Counted from the first letter of the stretch, positions 30,924 to 41,423 are shown. The stretch is 64,000 nt of DNA from an uncultured Chlamydiae bacterium (GCA_963754655.1 CAVWGN010000001.1:480001-544000); one strand, 5' to 3'. Notes: generated from the letters alone by a model not told the origin. Made by a program: numbers and translations.

Positions 30924-32018
30924 TTAATGTATGTGATTAATTTTCGTAATCTTTTGTTTTAAATGTGCAATTTCTTGGGAAAAATCAATTTGCTTGCCAT
31001 AACGTTCAAAAAAGTTCTCAAAGAAGCTTAATTGATTTTCATATCCTTTTTTTAAATTCCAATGGTTTAAGTGACAAATTTTTGCCATATCTTGACTACA
31101 AAAAGTCAGGGGAGCTTGATCAGCTTCTTGTAAACTGTTAGCCCCTTGCATATTACAAACATATTGCGTACAATGAGAAATACCCCGCATATGAGAAAAT
31201 TCATGCGTGGCGAGTCTCATCAAGCGTTTGAGAGTCTGTTCAAAATTTTTTGTCCTCATTCGATGAATAGAAAAAAGCCCGCACGCCTGTTCAAGAATTC
31301 CCACTCCAAAAATAAAATTAATGTCATCCGCGTAAGCATAGGGATAAAGATCTTGGTCAGTAAAACCAAGGAAAAAGCTATTTGCAGGTAAGAGGCTTTG
31401 AAGCTTTGCTAAATGGGGTTCGATAGGATATTGTGGATGAGGACGATGACGGACGTGGGCATCATCTAAGGTTAAAGGAGTAAGATCTAACATTGTATCA
31501 AGACCGTGGAATGCTTGTAAATAATCACACACAATTTCTAATATTTGACGGTCTCTAGGAGAAATTTCTCCAAACACAACAACTTTGAGGTGTGTGCGAG
31601 GGGCATTGAGTTGGGTTTCAGGGGCTATTTTAAAAGCTTCTAGCGTTTGCTCTCTTTCATTATACCCTAATCCCTTCTTCCAACTATTAAGTGTTGCAAG
31701 CCTATCAGCTTGTGTTGCTTGTACCATTTGTTGCTGCAAAGAATCTTCAGTCCATATTCCATCGGAGTCGAGAGTGTTTTTTGTTTGATCTGGCAAGCTA
31801 TCATCCCCTCTCTCTTCTTCTTCTACATTAAAAGTATCATTTCCTTGTTCCTTCAAAGGGGTAGCCATTAAGTAATAGCGATAGGTGATATAGCAAGCAG
31901 CCAGAAAGCTAAAAGCAGCTGCTGCAACAATAAGAATTGTCCTTTGTCGAATCGTTAAAGAAGAAAGAATAGTTTCTTTAAATAAAAAAGGATTTATTAA
32001 ATTAAAATGAATATTCAT
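30924..32018 (-). CDS. Archaemetzincin-like (M54) zinc metalloprotease with N-terminal TM segment
   Basis: HEFSHMRGISHC...CNMQG metzincin motif; TDQDLYP..NFIFG. Confidence 0.85.
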   Translation of the reverse strand: MNIHFNLINPFLFKETILSSLTIRQRTILIVAAAAFSFLAACYITYRYYLMATPLKEQGNDTFNVEEEERGDDSLPDQTKNTLDSDGIWTEDSLQQQMVQATQADRLATLNSWKKGLGYNEREQTLEAFKIAPETQLNAPRTHLKVVVFGEISPRDRQILEIVCDYLQAFHGLDTMLDLTPLTLDDAHVRHRPHPQYPIEPHLAKLQSLLPANSFFLGFTDQDLYPYAYADDINFIFGVGILEQACGLFSIHRMRTKNFEQTLKRLMRLATHEFSHMRGISHCTQYVCNMQGANSLQEADQAPLTFCSQDMAKICHLNHWNLKKGYENQLSFFENFFERYGKQIDFSQEIAHLKQKITKINHIH

Positions 32019-32354
32019 GATATTTGTTTATAATTTTTAAAAATTAAACTGATTGTCTTATTTATGTTTATTAATGTCAATAAGTACATGATCTTGTGTC
32101 AGAACGACGCATGAAAATCCATTTACACTGGCTTAAAATGTTTGACGGGCTATATGACGCATTCAGTCGCCACGCCGCTTCGCTCTGGGCTCTAGGTAAG
32201 GGGTTGTTAACCCACCGTTCGGTCGCCCTCCGGGCTTGGTCACGGTGGGCTAGTAACAGTCGTCCTACGGACTCTCGCGGCAATTTAGAACCGATTGAAT
32301 GTTAGAAAAGGCGTTTTGATAATGCCGCGAAAGTTCGTAGGACGACTGTTACTA

Positions 32355-33066
32355 GGGCGTGTCTGAAAAACATTATCAAAAAGTGATATAAATGATAATA
32401 CACGCAATTATAACTACTCCTCTATATTTTTTTCTAACTCATAACGGGTGTTTTACTAAATATTTGACACTTGCAGCCCTTCAGGCTGCATCACACAACT
32501 CACTCATACCCTGGTCTAGGGGGTTCATTTTGTGCAAAAAATGGGCTTTATTTTTCACAATAAGTGGCATAGTTGAATTGAAGGTCGCATGTTTATGCCG
32601 TCCTTTCAGGACTCGATGTCTTTTGATAGAACCCAGGCCTCCGCTTCGCTGCGACCTGGGCTGTAACATGGCGGCCCTTCAGGCCTTAACAAGAGATGTT
32701 TAAGTCCCTCTTCTATAGTCCCTAAATCATTTTTTTGTTAAGGCCTGAAGGGCCGCCATGTTACAGCCCAGGTCGCAGCGAAGCGGAGGCCTGGGTTCTA
32801 TCAAAAAGACATCGAGTCCTGAAAGGACGGCATAAACATACGACCTTCAATTTAACTATGCCACTTATTGTGAAAAATAAAGCCCATTTTTTGCACAAAA
32901 TGAACCCCCCAGACCAGGGCGTTGCTCTGGGTATGAGTGAGTTGTGTCATGCAGCCTGAAGGGTTGCCAGAGTGTCAAATTTTTAGTAAAATACCAGTCA
33001 TGAAATACATCCTATGGGCCCTACAACTATTATTTATATCATAAATAATCTTTTTCAAACACGCCC
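32355..33066. mobile_element. GGGCGTGT-ended MITE inserted in the right arm of the family B palindrome (TA or CTAG duplication)
   Basis: gggcgtgtctgaaaaa / tttttcaaacacgccc splitting ttactagcccaccgtgacc, which is intact in the other copies. Confidence 0.85.
32445..32997. repeat. Palindrome family A, copy 2 (single central unit)
   Basis: Same arms and loop as 4098-4933. Confidence 0.95.
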
Positions 33067-33260
33067 TAGCCCACCGTGACCGAGCCCGGAGGGCGACCGA
33101 ACGGTGGGTTAACAACCCCCTCACCTAGAGCCCAGAGCGAAGCGGCGTGGCGACTGAATGCGTCATATGGCCCGCCATACATTTTAAGGCCATGTGATTG
33201 GAGTATGGCATCAAAGCCAGATGGGATTTTAATGCGTCGTCTCTGAATCTTGTGTCTATT

Positions 33261-34076
33261 TTATTGATGTAAATGCTCTGGCGACAATCGGTCTACTCGT
33301 TGAATAGAATGGCCAAAGAGCCGTTCGGCTAAAGAGAGAAATTTTTCAGGATCGTCAGAAACATAATATTGGTGTTGTCCTTGAAGAATTGGAGATAAAA
33401 GCTGGTGCTGCTTTAAGAGATAAGCAACCTGATGGGCACATGTTGAAGCGGAATCGACCAAAGAGACTTTTCCCCCTACTTCTTGCTGAATGAGCGAACT
33501 GAGTAAAGGATAATGCGTGCATCCTAGCAAGACGGTATCTACTTCTTGGTTTCGTAATGGGTGTAAATATTCTTGAATAATAAGACAAGTAGCTGGGTGC
33601 TGAAGCCAGTGCTCTTCGACTAAAGGAACAAAGAGAGGGCAGGCAATAGGTATGAGGGTCGCTTGCGGGGCTAGCTTGCGAATGGCTGCTTGGTAGACTC
33701 CTGATTGGATAGTGCCTTTCGTTCCAAGAACAGCGATGAATTGATTGTGCGAGACTTGAACAGCTTTTTCTGCTCCAGCTTCAATGACTCCTACAATAGG
33801 AAGATTAAAAAGTCGGCGTAATTTGGGAAGAGCAAATGCTGAAGCAGTATTGCAAGCGACAACTAATAGCTTAATGTTCTTTTCGAGTAAACAAATGGTG
33901 TTTTCTATAGAATAACGAACAATTGTTTGGCTGCTCTTATTGCCATACGGGACGCGAGCTGTATCGCCAAAATAAATCAAGCGTTCATGGGGCAGGAGAT
34001 GCATGATTTGCTGCATCACCGTTAAACCTCCAACACCTGAATCAAATATTCCAATTGCATTCGATGACAAAGACAT
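33261..34076 (-). CDS. murI: Glutamate racemase
   Basis: IGIFDSGVGGLTV, ACNTAS, LGCTHYP. Confidence 0.97.
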   Translation of the reverse strand: MSLSSNAIGIFDSGVGGLTVMQQIMHLLPHERLIYFGDTARVPYGNKSSQTIVRYSIENTICLLEKNIKLLVVACNTASAFALPKLRRLFNLPIVGVIEAGAEKAVQVSHNQFIAVLGTKGTIQSGVYQAAIRKLAPQATLIPIACPLFVPLVEEHWLQHPATCLIIQEYLHPLRNQEVDTVLLGCTHYPLLSSLIQQEVGGKVSLVDSASTCAHQVAYLLKQHQLLSPILQGQHQYYVSDDPEKFLSLAERLFGHSIQRVDRLSPEHLHQ

Positions 34077-34176
34077 GAGGCATATCCTTCAGTTTAGCAG
34101 CGCATAGGCAATCGTTTTAGGCGGAGGTAGAGCAATGGGTGTCAACTTAAAAGTGTTTATTGATGCAAAGACCCTT

Positions 34177-34908
34177 CTAAGGAATTTTTAGCGTTTGTCC
34201 TACCATGATGCGATCATTGGCAAGTTGATTGGCATCACGTAAGGCCTGAACCGATACTTTTTGTGCGCGGGCAATTTTTTCCAAAGAATCACCTGGCTGA
34301 ACCTTATAGGTTTTTAATTCCTCGTTCGCTTTCAAGGTGAATTCTTGTGCTGCTTCCTTTGCTTGCCACACCTCCATCATCGATTGCAAAGCAGCTTCCA
34401 AATTTTGCATGTGTTGGCTTTGCGTTTGAAGGAGATTCTCTAACTCAGCAATTTTCTGCTTGTATTGTCCTAAAACAGAAACAGAATCATTGGCTTGGGT
34501 CTTGATTTGACGCAAGTCAGCCATCACGTTTCGGACCAGCGTTTCTAAATTGCGAATGGAGTGATCTAAAGTCTCTGTTTTTCCCTCCAAATTGACATTG
34601 GAGGCTCTCACGAAATCACGCTGTGATTGCACGTCATCTATGAGCTGTTGCCGCAATTGATCAAAAGAAGCTTCTTGGCTTTGAAGTTGATTTTCAAAGG
34701 TGCGAATTTCAGATTCGTGATTGCGCATTTCATGTTTGAGATCAGCTAAGCCCGTTTTCAGTTGGCGTAAAACACTGGTTAAGTCATCCCCTGGAGCAGG
34801 AACAGGACGCGCGACTTGATAGGGTTGCGAATAAGTTTGTGGGGCAGCCCATCCTGTTGTAGTAAATAGGAAAAGGGCTGCAGCTAGATAAAACCGTTTA
34901 ACGTTCAT
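34177..34908 (-). CDS. Periplasmic coiled-coil LysM protein (occupies the cpoB/ybgF position downstream of pal)
   Basis: Signal peptide, long coiled coil, C-terminal YKVQPGDSLEKIA...GQTLKIP LysM. Confidence 0.85.
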   Translation of the reverse strand: MNVKRFYLAAALFLFTTTGWAAPQTYSQPYQVARPVPAPGDDLTSVLRQLKTGLADLKHEMRNHESEIRTFENQLQSQEASFDQLRQQLIDDVQSQRDFVRASNVNLEGKTETLDHSIRNLETLVRNVMADLRQIKTQANDSVSVLGQYKQKIAELENLLQTQSQHMQNLEAALQSMMEVWQAKEAAQEFTLKANEELKTYKVQPGDSLEKIARAQKVSVQALRDANQLANDRIMVGQTLKIP

Positions 34909-35742
34909 AAATCTTAAACTCACCACGGCGGTTTTTTGCCCAACCTTCTTCATGACGTTCTAAAATGACAGGACGCTCTTTTCCATAGGAAATCGTAAAT
35001 AAACGATCGGGATCGACCCCTTCATTAATCAATAAATTGCGTACGGTGTTGGCGCGGCGAGATCCCAACGCTAAGTTATAAGCTTGAGGTCCTCTTTCAT
35101 CGGTATGACCCTCAATAAAGATATAGATATTAGGATGGAAGCGCAAAAAATCTGCAATATTATGAATAGTTTGAAGGTTTTGCGGCCCTTTAACTAAGCT
35201 GCTGTCATAGTCAAAATAAATGGGGCGGAAAATCCCTGCTAGCTGAGGATTAGTACTGGGATCGCGAAATGCTTGAATGCCTGGAATAAAACTTCCTTGT
35301 TCTCCCGGCGTTTCACGAGGGGGGGAGCCATCATATCTGACATCGCCAGCTCGTTAGTGGGATCCTGAAGTGGAATAAAATCATTATTTGCTGAAGCGTT
35401 GTTTCCATAATAGGAGTCTTGAGAAATCGTATAGGAATCTGTCGGGCTATAAAAGTCTTGCGGTGTGTAGTAGTCTTGATTGTTGCTGGTGTCTTGGTAG
35501 CAGCAATCCTGGAAATTGCCTTCGGGACAGCAATTTTCATCTTCAATGCATTCAAAATCGTTACGACTACGGATCTGGCGCGAGTTTTCATGGTTTCCAC
35601 CTAAAGCTCTGACTCCACGTCCCATGTGTCGGCCAGCAGATTTAGTGTCTTCCCATACATCACTGCTGGATCTCTTACAGCTTTGTAAAGTAAAAACAGC
35701 TGCTAAAACGCTTGTCAAAAAGAAAAATTGCCGTGTTTTCAT
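34898..35742 (-). pseudogene. pal: Peptidoglycan-associated lipoprotein, frameshifted at a G7 tract (35319-35325)
   Basis: Lipobox FTLQSC in one frame; PRETPGEQGSFIPGIQAFRDP..IYFDYDS..IEGHTDERG..YNLALGSRRA..KNRR (OmpA domain) in another frame. Confidence 0.85.
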
Positions 35743-35906
35743 AAGGGTTCCTTAGAAATTAGAAGAAGATCAAGAAAGATTTATTGATGGAAACACAGTT
35801 TAGCATAAGAGAAAGCATATTGGCAAAAAAAAATGAAATCAAAATGCTTTTTGCTCACAGTGAATGAATTATGAATAAAAAATTGGCCTAAAAATTTTGC
35901 AACTCT

Positions 35907-36683
35907 TTATTCTTGTTTACTGCTTGCATTTAAAATTTCTTCAGAGGATAGAAAGGGCCTATTAAGAGGATCTTGAAAGTGCCCTCCATTGGGTCCTCTA
36001 CCATATCCAGGAGGCTTATATATTTTTGAAACGTTATTTTCATTTATAAAATGCAAGTTGAGGACCTCTAAAATATCATTTCTTATGAAAAATAAGTTTA
36101 CTCCACACTTGTCTGCATAAACTAACGTATATCCATGTCTTTCGCCTAGTCGTTGGAGCGATAAGATGCTGGCTCCGAAATAATTTGTTCCATCCCAACT
36201 ATTGAATGGTTGATAAACGACGACTTTATCTTCATCTGGTAGGTGAGTTGCATTATATTCAATAATGACGACACGGGGACTATATTTAGAGCTAATGGTA
36301 TTCCAAATATAAAAGTCATTGAAATCAATATCGATTGATAAGAGATCGAATTCTTCTGGAACCTGATATTTTTCAAAAAGATCATTGATGTTTTCTGCTG
36401 TAATAAATTCTTGGTGAAGATTGATGCTTTTATTTTCAAATCTTCCATCCATCATTAATCCTTGCCAGTCAAAAGATTCTCTTAGAACTCTTGTATTACA
36501 TTCGATGCCATTTTCAGCGCCAAACTCAACATAATATTTATTGGTAGTACCTAAAAGATTAAAAATTGCAAGAGTTATCCCATCTTCACCATTTTGGCTA
36601 AAAATTTTTTGTTCATATGGTCTTAAATTAATTTGAGCAAAACAGATACTAGGAATTATGAAAAATACTATCAATCTTAACAT
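35907..36683 (-). CDS. FkbM/Methyltransf_21-like protein with signal peptide, inserted between tolB and pal
   Basis: SQNGEDGI, YVEFGAENG, DLLSIDIDFND, PRVVIIEYN; AT-rich. Confidence 0.75.
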   Translation of the reverse strand: MLRLIVFFIIPSICFAQINLRPYEQKIFSQNGEDGITLAIFNLLGTTNKYYVEFGAENGIECNTRVLRESFDWQGLMMDGRFENKSINLHQEFITAENINDLFEKYQVPEEFDLLSIDIDFNDFYIWNTISSKYSPRVVIIEYNATHLPDEDKVVVYQPFNSWDGTNYFGASILSLQRLGERHGYTLVYADKCGVNLFFIRNDILEVLNLHFINENNVSKIYKPPGYGRGPNGGHFQDPLNRPFLSSEEILNASSKQE

Positions 36684-36782
36684 AAGTGATCCTTATAATA
36701 AAGGGATTGATAATTTTCGTATTTATATGAATTTCTGCGAGATTGTCAATTAAATTTTTAAATATTTTAAAAATCGTCTATT

Positions 36783-38177
36783 TTATGATTTTAAGCGAGG
36801 CTCCCAATTGGGGAAACGCTTTTCACCAGGTCCAAAAGTAATTTGCGTGGCTTCTGCCTGATTGAGATTAATAATAAACAATTCGCTTGATTTGGGGGTC
36901 GATGAATTAAAGACTAGGTGCAAATTATTAGGAGCCCAAGAGGGATTCTCTTTATGACCACTTCCTTGGGTAATTTGCGTCTCTTGATTTGTGTTAAAGT
37001 CATACACCCAAATTTGGCGATCCCCTTTACCGCGTGCACAATAAGCCAGTTTCGTGCCATCAGGAGACCAAGAAGGAGCTGTGTTTTCACGATTGGTTTT
37101 AGAAATTAAGGTTGCTTGAATATTTTTTATATCAGTTCCAGGTGCTGGAATTTGAATGACGTAAATTTTGGGAGAGCCGTCTTTATCCGATACAAATGCG
37201 ACGCGCATGCCATCGGGACTAAATGTCGGAGACCCTTGCGTCGCTTGCCGAGCTGAAAAAATTTGTTGAGGCTTGCCAATCGCTCCTTTTTCTGGACTAA
37301 ATGGCTGCAAAAAGAGATCGGGATTGCCCGTAATATCGCAAATAAAGGCTACTTTATCCCGCTGCTGAGAAATAGCGGGCATGAGTTGATTGCCTCTAAT
37401 CGAGGTTAACCGCCGCTTTTTTCCATCTTTGATAGAAGAAAGGTAAATTTTAGGTTGGCCGAGTTGATAGGAGACATATAAAAAACCGCCAGTTGCAAAG
37501 CCAGGCTTTGGGGGTAAATAAACAGGGGTGACGCAAGTTGAGCGCTCTTGTGTCAATTGGTGAGGGTTACCCCCATCATAATCTGCTTCCCACACTTCTG
37601 AAATCCATTTGCTGCTATCCGAGGAATTTTGTGTTTTAATCGTATATAAAATGCGCGTTGAAGCAATCCCATCCTTTCCAAAAAGAGCTTTATAAATGAC
37701 GTCAGCTAAACGATGAATTTGACGTCGATCTTCTCCTAAATCGCCTGTTAAAGGAATAGAATCGATGGTTTTCAAAGACTGCTCTTGAACATCTAATAGG
37801 ATAGTTCGGATAGATCTGTTTTGAATTTGCGGTTTGATGACATAAAAAATGTGACGCTCTTTCCAGACGCTTGTAGAGCCAAGCTGATTAAAAGCTGCAC
37901 CTTGTCCAATTTGATTGCTATCAGAGGTGCGCTTAGCAACAGTTGTTGATCCATTATGAGAGAGATCAAAAGCTAAAATCTTTTCTAATTGCTGGGCATA
38001 ACTTTCTTGCAGATCTGATGCTTCTTGACTAATGGGAAGGAGATATAAGGGAGTTAAGCTGCTCTCAGTTGCCAGTTTGACAACAAAGGGCTCTTCGATT
38101 GCCTCTGCTAATACAAAATTGAAGCACAATCCATTTAAAATGGCGACGAGCCAAATCCATACTATTAAAGCTCTCAT
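36783..38177 (-). CDS. tolB: Tol-Pal beta-propeller protein
   Basis: PD40 repeats (PTFSPDG, PSWSPDG, PSWAP); operon context. Confidence 0.93.
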   Translation of the reverse strand: MRALIVWIWLVAILNGLCFNFVLAEAIEEPFVVKLATESSLTPLYLLPISQEASDLQESYAQQLEKILAFDLSHNGSTTVAKRTSDSNQIGQGAAFNQLGSTSVWKERHIFYVIKPQIQNRSIRTILLDVQEQSLKTIDSIPLTGDLGEDRRQIHRLADVIYKALFGKDGIASTRILYTIKTQNSSDSSKWISEVWEADYDGGNPHQLTQERSTCVTPVYLPPKPGFATGGFLYVSYQLGQPKIYLSSIKDGKKRRLTSIRGNQLMPAISQQRDKVAFICDITGNPDLFLQPFSPEKGAIGKPQQIFSARQATQGSPTFSPDGMRVAFVSDKDGSPKIYVIQIPAPGTDIKNIQATLISKTNRENTAPSWSPDGTKLAYCARGKGDRQIWVYDFNTNQETQITQGSGHKENPSWAPNNLHLVFNSSTPKSSELFIINLNQAEATQITFGPGEKRFPNWEPRLKS

Positions 38178-38204
38178 CCTACGACCTTTTTATTTTTTTT
38201 AAAT

Positions 38205-39509
38205 TTAAGAATCATTTTGAAGAGTGATGACAAAGGTGTTTTGCTGCACTCCTTGAAATCGCTGACCAAAGGATGGGAATAAAAGGGTTGGAATTTTGCT
38301 TTCCACATACGCTTTGTTTTTGCTGCTTTCGCTTTGAACTGTTTCCACTTTCACTATTCTTCCCGTTCTGTCCAACGTGAGTTTAATTTTAACAGCTCCG
38401 TAATCGGGAAAACGCAATGCCATTTTTAAGCGGTAGGCAACCTCATCGCTATAACTGATTTCCTTCGTTCCCCATTCTCCTGAGCTTCCTGTTTCTCCCC
38501 ATGGTAAAGCATCTACTTGTAAGACTCCCAATTCTTGAGGCAGGGCAGCAGCTTCTAAGTTTACCGATGAGGAAGAAGAGCTCATCTTATCGCGTGTTTC
38601 GCCCATTTTTGCAAGAGTTTCTTTGGCTTTAGCTAACAGAGCTTGTTCCTTCTGCCGGGCAGCTTCTTGAGCAGCTGCAATTTCTTGTTGTCGTTTTTTT
38701 TCAGCTTCTGCTATCTCTTGTTGTCGCTTTTTCTCTGCTTCAGCTATCTCTTGTTGCCGCTTTTTCTCTGCTTCTGCTCGCTCTTTTTGTCGCTTTTTCT
38801 CCGCTTCCGCTTGCTCGCGCTGCTGCTTTTTTTCGGCTTCTTCTTTTAGTTTAGATTTTGTTGCCTCAGTTTTAGGGGGTTTTTTAGCAGCTTCAATGGG
38901 TTTTTTGACAGGAGCTGATGTTTTATTCGTTGTTTTTGGAGTTTCTTGAAGCATAGGTTTAGGAGAAGGGGCTTTTGGTTGAGGTTTATTTTCCGTTTTA
39001 ATGGGAAGAGGAGGGAAAACAGGAAGGGGAGGAGGGATAGTAGGAGTCGAAATAGGAGCTGCCTCTTGCATAGAGGCAACTACCTGAGATTCTTCTTTCT
39101 TAATAGGCACTTCTTGAATAGGAAAGGCCTCTTCTTTTTCCAAAGAAATATCAGGTTGAGGTGAGGTTTCTTCTTTAAGAGGCTGAGAAATCGCAGGGGG
39201 TTCTATTTTCGGCGGTTCGATAGGAGAATGAAGAGTTGGCATTGGTGCAGCAACGGGCTGGACAGTAGGAGTAGACGCTGGCATTTGAACGACCGCTGAT
39301 TCAAAGGGTTTGAGGCGAACTGTTTGAACAATGATTTTAGAGCGTGGTTTTGGAGCAGGGGGAGCAGGATTCCAAAAGGTGCCCAACCCTAATAACACAA
39401 GATGTATAGCGATGACGATCAGCACAATGGTAAACAGCTGAGAGTGATAGCGAGGAGAAGAAAAAGTAGAAGGAGAAGGAGGGATATGATGGGGCATGTG
39501 CTTCGACAC
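38205..39509 (-). CDS. tolA: TolA-like protein with Pro-rich linker and 33-bp (EAEKKRQQEIA) repeats
   Basis: N-terminal TM, K/E/A-rich helix, TonB-C-like end; position between tolR and tolB. Confidence 0.8.
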   Translation of the reverse strand: MSKHMPHHIPPSPSTFSSPRYHSQLFTIVLIVIAIHLVLLGLGTFWNPAPPAPKPRSKIIVQTVRLKPFESAVVQMPASTPTVQPVAAPMPTLHSPIEPPKIEPPAISQPLKEETSPQPDISLEKEEAFPIQEVPIKKEESQVVASMQEAAPISTPTIPPPLPVFPPLPIKTENKPQPKAPSPKPMLQETPKTTNKTSAPVKKPIEAAKKPPKTEATKSKLKEEAEKKQQREQAEAEKKRQKERAEAEKKRQQEIAEAEKKRQQEIAEAEKKRQQEIAAAQEAARQKEQALLAKAKETLAKMGETRDKMSSSSSSVNLEAAALPQELGVLQVDALPWGETGSSGEWGTKEISYSDEVAYRLKMALRFPDYGAVKIKLTLDRTGRIVKVETVQSESSKNKAYVESKIPTLLFPSFGQRFQGVQQNTFVITLQNDS

Positions 39510-39515
39510 CTTGCC

Positions 39516-39941
39516 TTATGCGGGCTTTAAAATAATATCTATCTGGGAAAAACCAGCCTCTTCAGCTGCATTCTTAACAGCTTGATAGGTTCCAAAATGA
39601 GCTTTTTTGTCATGAAAAATTTGTGGGCGAATCTGTGGATATTTGACTTTCGCTTGCTTGAGCACTGCTACAAGATCTTTTGGAGTAATGAGTTGATTGT
39701 TAAACCAAATGGTATTGTCTTGGTGCACATGAATTGTAATGGGGCTGCTCTCCTGCACAGAAGTATTAGCTAGCATAGCAGTAGGGCCATCGGCGAGTTC
39801 AACCCGATCCAATTCCAACAGAGGAGCAATGACGATAAACATAATTAAAATCACGAAGACAACATCAATAAGAGGGGTTAAATTGACCGTCGGTTCTTCA
39901 AACGTTGAATGGCCCATAAATGAAATGCGACTTCTTGTCAT
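39516..39941 (-). CDS. tolR: TolR/ExbD
   Basis: VNLTPLIDVVFVILIMF. Confidence 0.9.
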   Translation of the reverse strand: MTRSRISFMGHSTFEEPTVNLTPLIDVVFVILIMFIVIAPLLELDRVELADGPTAMLANTSVQESSPITIHVHQDNTIWFNNQLITPKDLVAVLKQAKVKYPQIRPQIFHDKKAHFGTYQAVKNAAEEAGFSQIDIILKPA

Positions 39942-40099
39942 GGCTGAAATTCCTCAAGCATATCGGGTAGAGTATCCTTAAATGTTTTAATCTCAAGTGT
40001 CTGTATTACCGAGCAGACATCAGGCAAAAGCGGGTCAAGCAAAGCGACGCATTCAGTCACTATCCGCGCTGCGCTCTATGTTTGATGTTAGCCACCGGG

Positions 40100-40505
40100 A
40101 CCCACCATTTGGTCGTATACGCTGCCGCAGAGGTTAAGAGCGGGCGCTAGATTAAGCGACGCATTCAGTCGCCCGCCGCTTCGCTCTGGGCTCTGGATAA
40201 GCGGTTGTTTAACCCACCGTTCGGTCGCCCTCCGGGCTCGGTCACGGTGGGCTAGTAACAGTCGTCCTCCGGACTCTAGCGGCATTATCAAAACGTCTTG
40301 TCTAACATTCAATCTTTTCTACATTGCCGCTAGAGTCCGGAGGACGACTGTTACTAGCCCACCGTGACCGAGCCCGGAGGGCGACCGAACGGTGGGTTAA
40401 ACAACCGCTTATCCAGAGCCCAGAGCGAAGCGGCGCGGCGACTGAATGCGTCGCTTAGCCTAGCTTCCACTCTTAGCCTAAGACGTATGCGACCAAACGG
40501 TGGCA
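40100..40505. repeat. Palindrome family B, copy 3, between tolQ and tolR (loop in the opposite orientation)
   Basis: Near-perfect core 40146-40464; degenerate extra arm copy at ~40045-40120. Confidence 0.92.
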
Positions 40506-40646
40506 CCCCCGGGTTCTATGGCCTAATGCCTGTGTGACCAACAAAAAAAAGCGGCGACCACATCGTCGCATAGCTCAACCTCAACTCTTGCTTAACACTT
40601 AGGCTCATGCTCATGTTGCTAAATGTTTTGCAAATACATCTTAGTG

Positions 40647-41423
40647 TTAAGCGTCAACTTTGCGATATTGAAGTTCGACTGTTGCTAGGATTTCATTGGA
40701 GAATCCTTCCATTTCTGTTGCAAAATCGCGGATATTATTTTTCAAATAATTATAACCTACAAGAGCGGGAATGGCATCAAGTAGTCCCAAAACAGTTGTG
40801 GCTAGAGCCAGAGATAATCCTCCTAGGACCATTTGATGCGTGCTACCTACACTTTGCGCCTGTAACTCGGAAAATGTCGTTAAAATTCCCCATACTGTAC
40901 CCAATAGCCCCAAAAAAGGAGCAAGACTGACAGTAGTCGATAAAATATAAAGGTGCCTTTCGAGAAATTTGACTTGTTGAGCAACTTGCGTAGATAGATG
41001 AGAGGAAATATAATCGATATCACTTAACGACAAATAAGAGGAGGGCAAAGCAGGCTGGCCAAATCCCGTTCCTATTGATTCACTTTGTTGAAGTTTGGTA
41101 AAATGTTTGTTCTTATTTAAAACCTCTAAGCATTGTTTTTTTAAGACTTGGTAAAGATCTAAAAAAGGATTAATCATTTTCTTCTTATTGATGCCTTCGC
41201 AGTCTAAACTTAAAGGATTCAGTTTTTGAAGTTGAAAAGCTTCATGAAAACGAAAAGCATGCTTTTTTGCCTGATAAGTAATCCAAATTTTATAAAGCAA
41301 AATCGACCAACTGCAAATGGAAAGAGCATAAAGGCCCAAGAAAATAAGCTTGCCGAGGATGTCCGCTTGCGAGTAAGCTTCAAAAAAAGGATTACCATTT
41401 AGCATAATAATGTTTACATCCAT
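40647..41423 (-). CDS. tolQ: TolQ/ExbB
   Basis: LAPFLGLLGTVWGI, GLSLALATTVLGL..AIPALVGYN. Confidence 0.92.
   Translation of the reverse strand: MDVNIIMLNGNPFFEAYSQADILGKLIFLGLYALSICSWSILLYKIWITYQAKKHAFRFHEAFQLQKLNPLSLDCEGINKKKMINPFLDLYQVLKKQCLEVLNKNKHFTKLQQSESIGTGFGQPALPSSYLSLSDIDYISSHLSTQVAQQVKFLERHLYILSTTVSLAPFLGLLGTVWGILTTFSELQAQSVGSTHQMVLGGLSLALATTVLGLLDAIPALVGYNYLKNNIRDFATEMEGFSNEILATVELQYRKVDA

Larger units (their letters stand above)
32101..33246. mobile_element. Palindrome family B, copy 2, as a MITE with a ~10-bp target duplication, hosting nested elements
   Basis: Ends (c)agaacgacgcatgaaaatcc / ggattttaatgcgtcgtctctg; atcttgtgtc at 32091-32100 and 33247-33256. Confidence 0.88.

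Noticed and set aside
38680..38830. 33-bp tandem repeats
   Set aside because: Ordinary coding repeats of the TolA helical domain
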